Assembly (NCBI RefSeq): GCF_001461035.1
Contig: NZ_LNAM01000024.1
Coordinates: forward strand, 16,145-56,144
From: Acetivibrio ethanolgignens
Lineage (GTDB): Bacteria > Bacillota > Clostridia > Lachnospirales > Lachnospiraceae
DNA: 40,000 nt
Reading direction: 5' to 3'
Of the stretch, positions 8,623 through 13,963 are shown in pieces. Positions within the stretch are counted from its first letter, which is position 1. Each line of letters starts with the position of its first letter. The notes beneath the pieces were generated by a model. It saw only the letters and a list, made by a program, of their open reading frames with translations, did not search any database and was not told where the DNA came from. The translations under genes were made by a program, and so were the position numbers.

Positions 8623-8711
8623 AAAAACCCTCCTTCCAAAACTGGTAAGAGGGTTTTTCGCTAGTCATCTCAACAACGACCATTTCTGTTGAGATAATCT
8701 TACCAGTTTTG
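8623..8711 (-). promoter_or_regulatory. Structured RNA leader (nested helices plus terminator-like hairpin that includes the RBS) between the small ORF and the Abi gene
   Basis: On the minus-strand RNA: P1 is CAAAACUGGUAAGA (8711-8698) with UCUUACCAGUUUUG (8650-8637), 14 bp perfect. P2 is AUCUCAACA (8695-8687) with UGUUGAGAU (8675-8667), 9 bp. The terminator-like stem is AAAAACCCUC (8658-8649) with GAGGGUUUUU (8632-8623), followed by UUCUUUUG. The P1 3' strand lies in the terminator loop. Confidence 0.5.
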
Positions 8712-8721
8712 AGATATAATG

Positions 8722-9135
8722 TCAAGCTAATTTTATAGGGTCTCCAATTTTTATACATACATTTTCAGGCGTTAATTTTTGGATATCATCACGGTTTATA
8801 TTTAATGGAACTGCTACCTTTCTTGTGGTTTCCAAAAGAGGCGATAAAGCCGCTGCGGTAGAGGAAGAAGTTTTTTCCATTAGAGGTTTTTGGCACACGG
8901 AAAAGGTTTTTTCTGTACGAATAACTTCCAACTCATCTTTGCAAAAGATATAACGCTCAAGTGGTGTACCATCGAGATCTAAGATTTCTTCGCCAATCTC
9001 ATAGACTTGTACGATATCACCTATTTTTAAAACGCCTCTGCCGGCATTTACAATAATGGTTCGGCTGTCAATAATACGAATGACATTTGCAATATAATAA
9101 GGACCATACTTCTTTTTCATTTCGTCTTTGTTCAT
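8722..9135 (-). CDS. Hypothetical 137-aa protein, first gene of the Abi operon (no domain recognised)
   Basis: ATG preceded by AAAGGAG at 9-nt spacing. No TM segment or HTH. Beta-rich-looking sequence with a repeated KIGD(I/P) element near the N- and C-termini, and a Ser/Thr/Ala linker (EKTSSSTAAALSPLLETT). Confidence 0.75.
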   Translation of the reverse strand: MNKDEMKKKYGPYYIANVIRIIDSRTIIVNAGRGVLKIGDIVQVYEIGEEILDLDGTPLERYIFCKDELEVIRTEKTFSVCQKPLMEKTSSSTAAALSPLLETTRKVAVPLNINRDDIQKLTPENVCIKIGDPIKLA

Positions 9136-9162
9136 TGTTAAAATCTCCTTTTATTTTACATT

Positions 9163-9202
9163 AATTCCATAACTCCTAAATTTGGTAGAAGAGGCGGTTT
9201 TT
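9163..9202. repeat. Abutting boundary repeats R1 copy a (9163-9181, AATTCCATAACTCCTAAAT) and R2 copy b (9182-9202)
   Basis: R1 is identical to 9858-9876. R2 is 20 of 21 identical to 7579-7599. The pair sits exactly between the two accessory cassettes. Confidence 0.8.
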
Positions 9203-9226
9203 GCTATTTAAAGGAATGTGTATATT

Positions 9227-9505
9227 CTAGCAATAATATTGAATTTCTCCAAAATAAGCAATCCATTTTTCAATAATTTCTGTACTCCTGGCTTCAATCA
9301 TTCTCATCATATTTCGAAGTGTTTTTTCTGGTATTTTAGAATTATTGTGGCAAAGATAACACTTACCCTTACGGGTAATCCATATTTTTGTTGCATTGCC
9401 GGAAGGATGCCCATTGGAAATATGGACATGTATCGGTTCAAGTGGCTTATTTTCATTTGTCCAAAAGTAAACCCAGTATGGACCAAACCTAAAGATTTGC
9501 GGCAC
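9227..9505 (-). CDS. DUF4160 domain protein
   Basis: GTG start at 9505 preceded by GGAAGGGGG. VPQIFRFGPYWVYFWTNENKPLEPIHVHISNG...ATKIWIT...EIIEKWIAYFGE matches the DUF4160 pattern (F-F-x-NE-x-PxHVHV...K-W...W-x-YF). The 156-aa tracked version would overlap the upstream gene. Confidence 0.8.
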   Translation of the reverse strand: MPQIFRFGPYWVYFWTNENKPLEPIHVHISNGHPSGNATKIWITRKGKCYLCHNNSKIPEKTLRNMMRMIEARSTEIIEKWIAYFGEIQYYC

Positions 9506-9761
9506 CTTGGAAGCCCCCTTCCTGTGAAAATTCCAAAATGAGATTGGCTGTTGATTCAATGATTTCCTGAATTTTTTTAATGTCATTTTGGGAGAATCCA
9601 TAAATATCTTCCCAAGTGTAATCAGGAAGCCAGCAGGTAGCATGTTTAAAACAGACTTTTTCGTCTGGCTTTTCAATATATACTTTGACGCGACCATCTG
9701 GTTTCATTTCAGAATGTACAATTTCGGTTTCATCATTTAGTGTCATAAATGGGTACATCAT
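9489..9761 (-). CDS. Hypothetical 90-aa protein, upstream partner of the DUF4160 gene
   Basis: ATG preceded by AAAAAGGAG. Its 3' end overlaps the DUF4160 GTG start by 17 nt, suggesting translational coupling. No domain recognised. Confidence 0.65.
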   Translation of the reverse strand: MMYPFMTLNDETEIVHSEMKPDGRVKVYIEKPDEKVCFKHATCWLPDYTWEDIYGFSQNDIKKIQEIIESTANLILEFSQEGGFQGAANL

Positions 9762-9825
9762 AGCGTCTCATCTCCTTTTTGATACTGTTACATCTGTGAT
9801 TATTATTTTTATCGATTTTTTGTCA

Positions 9826-9845
9826 TTTTGTTGATGTCAACAAAA
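9826..9845. promoter_or_regulatory. Perfect 9-bp inverted repeat (candidate operator) upstream of the DUF4160 cassette
   Basis: TTTTGTTGA tg TCAACAAAA. Contains TTGACA on the minus strand. The 2-nt spacer argues for a protein-binding site rather than an RNA hairpin. Confidence 0.35.
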
Positions 9846-9857
9846 CGTTTTTATATC

Positions 9858-9876
9858 AATTCCATAACTCCTAAAT
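9858..9876. repeat. Cassette boundary repeat R1, copy b
   Basis: 19 of 19 identical to 9163-9181. Located between the DUF4160 cassette and the cI-like gene. Confidence 0.8.
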
Positions 9877-9893
9877 ATGGTTCGAAATAAATG

Positions 9894-10613
9894 TTATTCT
9901 ACTTTGTCTAAAACTTTTCCAATAACTTTTACATTCTCTAAATTTTTGATATTTTTATATTCTTTATTAATGGAAATAAGCTCATTTTCACCCAATTCCT
10001 TTATATAACAATTATTTCCGTCAATAAATATTCCAATTTCGCCTACAGATAATTCAATTGTTTTCTTTACAAATACCTTATCTCCATCGTTATATACAGG
10101 CTTCATGCTATCCCCATTTACCCCAATAACAAAATCTGCGTTTCTTGATTTTTCGTTATCTTCAACTTCTATAAAATCAGTTGGAATATCACTGAATAAA
10201 TATTCTCCTGTTCCGGCAGATGCAAGTTTTTGATAGTAGCTGATTATTCTGGTCGGCTTTTCTTCTTTTTTGGATTTCATTCTTTCTGTTTCCCATTGGA
10301 GAATGGTATTAACGTGTTCTTGACCAATAGGGTCCAAATCTCTATATTTCTTTAATAATTCTTGTTCTCCGTATTTTAAAATGAATTTTGAGTCTGGATA
10401 TATTCCATAAATATCATTAATAGAAACATTCAATATTTCACAAACTTCAAATAGTATATCAATAGTAGGACAATTTGCTCCAGTTTCCCAATTAGATATT
10501 CTAGAAGGAACAACACCTAATCTTTTTGCTAATTCTTTTTGGCTAAGACCAGCCTGTTCTCTATATTTACCAATATTTTTAGAAATATTTTTTTTGATTG
10601 TATCGTCACTCAT
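9894..10613 (-). CDS. CI-like prophage repressor (XRE HTH plus S24 LexA-type peptidase domain)
   Basis: 239 aa. N-terminal HTH LSQKELAKRLGVVPSRISNWETG. C-terminal S24 motifs GVNGDSMKP...GDKVFVKK. Divergent from a Cro-like gene. Confidence 0.95.
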   Translation of the reverse strand: MSDDTIKKNISKNIGKYREQAGLSQKELAKRLGVVPSRISNWETGANCPTIDILFEVCEILNVSINDIYGIYPDSKFILKYGEQELLKKYRDLDPIGQEHVNTILQWETERMKSKKEEKPTRIISYYQKLASAGTGEYLFSDIPTDFIEVEDNEKSRNADFVIGVNGDSMKPVYNDGDKVFVKKTIELSVGEIGIFIDGNNCYIKELGENELISINKEYKNIKNLENVKVIGKVLDKVE

Positions 10614-10637
10614 CGAATTCCTCCTTTTTATAAGTAA

Positions 10638-10666
10638 ATAGTATCACAGATATTTTGAAAATTCAA
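10638..10666 (-). promoter_or_regulatory. Putative repressor-maintenance promoter (TTGAAT-17-TACTAT on the minus strand)
   Basis: -35 at 10666-10661 and -10 at 10643-10638, with 17-nt spacing. About 25 nt upstream of the cI-like start. Confidence 0.5.
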
Positions 10667-10676
10667 CAAAAAAAAT

Positions 10677-10745
10677 CAGAAAATCTGAAAAAAGTATTGA
10701 CAAAACAGAAATACTGTTTTATTATGAAATAAATCAGAAAATCTG
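10677..10745. promoter_or_regulatory. Three related palindromic operators, CAGAAA(AT/TA)CTG
   Basis: CAGAAAATCTG at 10677-10687 and 10735-10745; CAGAAATACTG at 10706-10716. Each is the core of a TCAGA/TCTGA- or ACAG/CTGT-type palindrome. The middle one fills the spacer of the rightward promoter. Confidence 0.5.
10697..10725 (+). promoter_or_regulatory. Putative early rightward promoter (TTGACA-17-TATTAT)
   Basis: -35 at 10697-10702 and -10 at 10720-10725. Upstream of the Cro-like gene. Confidence 0.55.
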
Positions 10746-10768
10746 ATTTAGAAAGGAGGAAAACAGTT

Positions 10769-10981
10769 TTGAAAGGTAGTGACATTAAAAAGTATCTTGA
10801 TGATAACGGAATTAAACAGACATTTGTATCGGAAAAAACAGGGATACCAGCACCAATATTAAGCATGATCCTAAATAACAACAGAAAGATTGAAGCAAAT
10901 GAATACATGAAAATTTGTGATGCAATTGGAGTACCACTTGACTATTTCCGACCTTGTTCAAGTAAAAAGAAAGGAGCATAA
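10769..10981 (+). CDS. Cro-like XRE-family HTH protein
   Basis: 70 aa. TTG start 8 nt after AAAGGAGG. HTH IKQTFVSEKTGIPAPILSMILNNNRKI. Divergent from the repressor. Confidence 0.85.
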   Translation: MKGSDIKKYLDDNGIKQTFVSEKTGIPAPILSMILNNNRKIEANEYMKICDAIGVPLDYFRPCSSKKKGA

Positions 10982-10984
10982 AAT
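10949..10984 (+). repeat. 36-bp direct repeat, copy 1 (3' end of the cro-like gene plus the next RBS)
   Basis: CGACCTTGTTCAAGTAAAAAGAAAGGAGCATAAAAT; 35 of 36 identical to 13964-13999. Confidence 0.85.
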
Positions 10985-11203
10985 ATGATAGTCAAAGCAT
11001 ACAGTCCCAGCGTTCCATTGAATATGTCAGAGGAAACAAAAAAGAACAATCTTATATGGGAACAGAAAGATGTGGACAGGATTGAAATTATTCCAGATAT
11101 AGCATTATTGAAATGTTTATCATGTGGAAAAGAAGAAATGTTCAAATATGGAGAAAATAGAATTGAAGTTTTGGGTAATCCCATAGATGGAATTACCCAG
11201 TAA
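10985..11203 (+). CDS. Hypothetical protein (72 aa)
   Basis: ATG 6-7 nt after AAAGGAG. CxxC motif (CLSCGKEE). Confidence 0.6.
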   Translation: MIVKAYSPSVPLNMSEETKKNNLIWEQKDVDRIEIIPDIALLKCLSCGKEEMFKYGENRIEVLGNPIDGITQ

Positions 11204-11205
11204 TT

Positions 11206-11406
11206 TTAGAGATTGTTTAGTTTTTTGAATAATGGGCAATCAACATCGCCGACACGACATTGTTCAGAATGAGAACATTCATTAATGTATGTACTTCCAT
11301 CACAGACACCTTTTCCTAAAATGGGTATTTGCTTTTTTAAATAGCTTGCAGTAACAGTGCCATTCACTATAGGACAATAATAGTTAATCTTATCCAATGA
11401 TACCAC
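11206..11406 (-). CDS. Hypothetical Cys-rich protein (66 aa), opposite orientation to the early operon
   Basis: ORF with 5 Cys. Convergent with 10985..11203. No strong RBS seen. Confidence 0.45.
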   Translation of the reverse strand: MVSLDKINYYCPIVNGTVTASYLKKQIPILGKGVCDGSTYINECSHSEQCRVGDVDCPLFKKLNNL

Positions 11407-11491
11407 TTCCCTTCTTTAATACTCGGCATGGCAGTGCCTGTAAGTGAATTATAGAACGAAGCAGGAGGGATTGGCAATAGGAAATTGATAT

Positions 11492-11526
11492 CTATTCAGT
11501 ACGGATTAGAATCGAGGTGATACATA
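11492..11526 (+). repeat. Conserved early-gene leader, copy 1
   Basis: CTATTCAGTACGGATTAGAATCGAGGTGATACATA. Related to 12670-12704 and 13371-13408. Confidence 0.7.
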
Positions 11527-11741
11527 CGGACATAACTAAGAATGTTGCTAAATATGTAAAGGATATAGGGGTAAATTTGTCTGAACTATCAAGAAAGGCA
11601 GAGATTCCGTATTCTTCTTTATATGCTAGTTTGGCAGAAGGAGGAAGAGGACGTGAATTGCGAGCAAAAGAGTTGGTTTCTATATGTTTTGTTTTGCGGA
11701 TTAATCCTATGAATTTTGTGGATAAGAAAGATAAAGAATGA
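11517..11741 (+). CDS. HTH DNA-binding protein (74 aa)
   Basis: GTG start inside the conserved leader (..GAATCGAGGTGATAC..). HTH-like LSELSRKAEIPYSSLYASLAEG. Confidence 0.7.
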   Translation: MIHTDITKNVAKYVKDIGVNLSELSRKAEIPYSSLYASLAEGGRGRELRAKELVSICFVLRINPMNFVDKKDKE

Positions 11742-11755
11742 GAGGTGACGCTTTA

Positions 11756-11953
11756 ATGGAGAAAAGCAAAAAAATAATACCGCCAATGCCAAATAGAATG
11801 AATATATTTGGAAGAAAGCGGTATTCAGTAGAAATGAATGCGGTTGACTATGAAAATTATAGTTTTGACGACGTATGGAAAGCAATCGGAAGATTATGGT
11901 TAACAATGGCAATCGTAGTAATTATGATGGCAGGTTGTTCAAATAAGAAATAA
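11756..11953 (+). CDS. Hypothetical small membrane protein
   Basis: ATG at 11756 follows GAGAGGTG (the tracked ORF starts at 11738). C-terminal hydrophobic stretch LWLTMAIVVIMMAGC. Confidence 0.5.
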   Translation: MEKSKKIIPPMPNRMNIFGRKRYSVEMNAVDYENYSFDDVWKAIGRLWLTMAIVVIMMAGCSNKK

Positions 11954-11962
11954 GCCTTTCAG

Positions 11963-12031
11963 TTAAATCAGCACATGCGTAAAAGCTGAAAGCTCTCTAT
12001 GTGTAAAATTAGACATTTCTTTATTTGTCAT
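11963..12031 (-). CDS. Micro-ORF (22 aa, MTNKEMSNFTHRELSAFTHVLI) with its own promoter, RBS and hairpin
   Basis: GGAGG 6 nt before ATG 12031. Near-consensus promoter upstream. A 7-bp hairpin CTTTCAG/CTGAAAG (11954-11993) plus a T-rich tail lies downstream. It may instead be a small RNA. Confidence 0.35.
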   Translation of the reverse strand: MTNKEMSNFTHRELSAFTHVLI

Positions 12032-12059
12032 ATGTAACCTCCGTAAAGTGTTTTAGCAA

Positions 12060-12088
12060 ATTTTAGCATAATGGCAAAAATATTTCAA
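12060..12088 (-). promoter_or_regulatory. Strong sigma-A-type promoter TTGAAA-17-TAAAAT (minus strand)
   Basis: -35 at 12088-12083 and -10 at 12065-12060, 17-nt spacer, TGC immediately before the -10 (TGcTAAAAT, extended -10 type). Confidence 0.5.
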
Positions 12089-12187
12089 GGAATAAGAAAA
12101 TTTTACGATGAATATGCTGTTATCTTTGAAATGTTAGAAGTGAATACAGATTTCTTTTTGAAGCCAAGAATACCAGAAACAAAGAAT

Positions 12188-12208
12188 GAAGCGAGGTGAG
12201 AAAGAATG
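12188..12208 (+). repeat. Conserved early-gene leader, short copy
   Basis: GAAGCGAGGTGAGAAAGAATG is identical to 13388-13408. Confidence 0.75.
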
Positions 12209-12409
12209 ACGGCAGAAGAAATGCTAGGAATTAAGGAAAAAGCTACAGAAGAAACGCTCCAAAGCATTGACATTACTTTGAAGCGTATCGAAAATCATCT
12301 TCAACAAAATAGTGTAATCATTACCTTGAAAAGAGATGATATTGATTTGGATGTTCTTTCAAAAACAGTATCTATTCGTTTACAAGAAGCTCTGAAAGAA
12401 TTGCCTTAA
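12206..12409 (+). CDS. Hypothetical protein (67 aa)
   Basis: ATG preceded by the conserved GAAGCGAGGTGAGAAAGA leader. Confidence 0.55.
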   Translation: MTAEEMLGIKEKATEETLQSIDITLKRIENHLQQNSVIITLKRDDIDLDVLSKTVSIRLQEALKELP

Positions 12410-12581
12410 ATAAATCTTTATTCATTTCCAAAGAAATTAGCAAAAAGGATTCATTAGAAATTTTGCCATTTTCGTCTGCGTATTTAGAAAGACGTTTTTT
12501 TAAAGCTTCTTTATCAGATAAAGAGAGTAAGTTATTTCTGTATGCAGCATCAAAACGGCTATCAAATTCATTTTTAGTCAT
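12372..12581 (-). CDS. Hypothetical protein (69 aa), convergent with and overlapping 12206..12409
   Basis: ATG preceded by AAAGAAAGGAAC. The 3' ends of the two genes overlap by 38 nt. Confidence 0.5.
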   Translation of the reverse strand: MTKNEFDSRFDAAYRNNLLSLSDKEALKKRLSKYADENGKISNESFLLISLEMNKDLFKAILSELLVNE

Positions 12582-12669
12582 AACAGTGTTCCTTTCTTTA
12601 TATACTCAGCTCTGGCAGGAGCCTGTATCTAAAGTATAAAAGAAAGTAGGAGATTTATCAATTGATTAT

Positions 12670-12704
12670 CTGTTCAGCACAGATTAGAAACGAGGTGAGA
12701 CATA
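12670..12704 (+). repeat. Conserved early-gene leader, copy 2
   Basis: CTGTTCAGCACAGATTAGAAACGAGGTGAGACATA. Confidence 0.7.
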
Positions 12705-13366
12705 TAAACAAATTAGTCTATTTAAAAAATGATGAAGCAGTATGCGACAGTTTGCTGGTTGCAGAAAAGTTTGGAAAAAGACATGCAGATGTTCTGGAGA
12801 AGATTGAAAAAATCTTATCTGACGAACCAACGGAAAATTCCGTTCGTTGTTTCAAGAAAACGAGCTACAGAGATGCAAAAGGTGAAATAAGACCAATGTA
12901 TCTTATGAACAGAGATGGATTTACATTTTTGGTAATGGGGTTTACTGGAAAAAAGGCGAATGAGTGGAAATGGAATTACATTAATGCTTTCAATTCAATG
13001 GAAACCATTTTAAGAGAACGTTCAACAGAAGTATGGTTGGAAACTCGACAGCAAGGCAAACTTACACGCAAAGCTGAAACCGATGTTATCCAGCAACTTA
13101 TTAAATATGCAAAGGAACAGGGAAGCACTCATGCTGATATGCTTTACATAACATATTCTAAGCTTTCGAATAAGATGGCAGGCATAAAGAAGAGAGACGA
13201 AGCAACGGTATCACAACTTAACAATCTTTCTCTGATGGAAAATATTATTTTAAACTGTATTCAAAACGGAATTATGTTGGAGAAGCATTACAAGGTAATC
13301 TATCAGGATTGCAAGCGTAGACTAGAGGCTTTTAAAGATATTGCTTATCTGGAAACAGCATCTTGA
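12695..13366 (+). CDS. Rha-family phage regulatory protein / antirepressor (copy 1)
   Basis: Motifs SLLVAEKFGKRHADVLEKIEKI and RPMYLMNRDGFTFLVMGFTGKKANEWKWNYINAFNSME. Start is probably the GTG at 12695 in the conserved leader (the tracked ORF begins at TTG 12662). Confidence 0.9.
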   Translation: MRHINKLVYLKNDEAVCDSLLVAEKFGKRHADVLEKIEKILSDEPTENSVRCFKKTSYRDAKGEIRPMYLMNRDGFTFLVMGFTGKKANEWKWNYINAFNSMETILRERSTEVWLETRQQGKLTRKAETDVIQQLIKYAKEQGSTHADMLYITYSKLSNKMAGIKKRDEATVSQLNNLSLMENIILNCIQNGIMLEKHYKVIYQDCKRRLEAFKDIAYLETAS

Positions 13367-13370
13367 TTAC

Positions 13371-13408
13371 CTATTCAGCACAGAATAGAAGCGAGGTGAG
13401 AAAGAATG
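13371..13408 (+). repeat. Conserved early-gene leader, copy 3
   Basis: CTATTCAGCACAGAATAGAAGCGAGGTGAGAAAGAATG. Confidence 0.7.
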
Positions 13409-13540
13409 GCAAAAAGAAAATTATCCATTGCAGAACGGCAGGAACGACAAAATAAGATAATGAAAATATTGGAGTATGTTGTTCCAGTAATTGTTTCTGC
13501 CGTTGCAGCAACTATTTTTAATATTTTGTTACTTACATAA
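13406..13540 (+). CDS. Small membrane protein (44 aa, MAKRKLSIAERQERQNKIMKILEYVVPVIVSAVAATIFNILLLT)
   Basis: Not in the ORF track (under 60 aa). ATG preceded by the conserved leader GAAGCGAGGTGAGAAAGA. Has a C-terminal TM helix. Confidence 0.45.
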   Translation: MAKRKLSIAERQERQNKIMKILEYVVPVIVSAVAATIFNILLLT

Positions 13541-13871
13541 GAAAACCATTAACCGCAAGAGTAATCAATGTAGTGAACAAAGCAACTAAGACAGGCAAAA
13601 TAAACGATTTTATAAGAACTTCTTTTGTTTTTAACCAACGATATTGTGAATAATGTTTTCCCTTATATGTGGGTTTTATATTTGTGATCAAAGTATCGTT
13701 TACATCAGCTGTTATGTATTCATCAATTATAAGCTGCTGGATAGTAGCTGTAAGGTCTAATTTTTTTGTTCTTTGATTGAAATATACCATTATATCAACA
13801 TTTGATGTGGTTTCGCTTTGCTCACATAGATAATTAATTGCTTTTAGCACTTTATGACATGGGTAAATCAT
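13533..13871 (-). CDS. Hypothetical C-terminally membrane-anchored protein
   Basis: ATG at 13871 follows GGAGG at 6 nt (MIYPCHKVLKAINYL...). C-terminal TM segment ILPVLVALFTTLITLAVNGFL. Opposite orientation to the early operon. Confidence 0.6.
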   Translation of the reverse strand: MIYPCHKVLKAINYLCEQSETTSNVDIMVYFNQRTKKLDLTATIQQLIIDEYITADVNDTLITNIKPTYKGKHYSQYRWLKTKEVLIKSFILPVLVALFTTLITLAVNGFLM

Positions 13872-13963
13872 AGTAACCTCCAATTTTAATATTTTCTAAA
13901 GTATAACACATTACAAAAAGTTTGTTAATTGGTTATTACTTACCAATGATTAGAAAGTGAGTT

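Noticed and set aside
7604-8758. The full 384-aa version of the Abi ORF, starting at ATG 8758
   Set aside because: That ATG has no RBS and lies inside the 3' end of the upstream gene. The extra 47 codons run through three strong RNA helices including a terminator-like hairpin. Abi_2 homology begins only at ..DKPFKTYEQ, right after a TTG preceded by GGAAGGAGGG.
9218-9541. 107-aa plus-strand ORF antisense to the DUF4160 gene
   Set aside because: It is a shadow ORF of a gene with clear family motifs, and no translation signals were seen.
9227-9697. The 156-aa version of the DUF4160 ORF
   Set aside because: The N-terminal 64 codons overlap the upstream 90-aa ORF in another frame and have no DUF4160 similarity. 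A GTG with a strong RBS at 9505 gives the canonical family N-terminus (V/M)PQIFRF.
10663-10908. 81-aa minus-strand ORF crossing the CI/Cro switch region
   Set aside because: It covers the operators and promoters and is antisense to the cro-like gene. The translation is hydrophobic and low-complexity, and there is no RBS.
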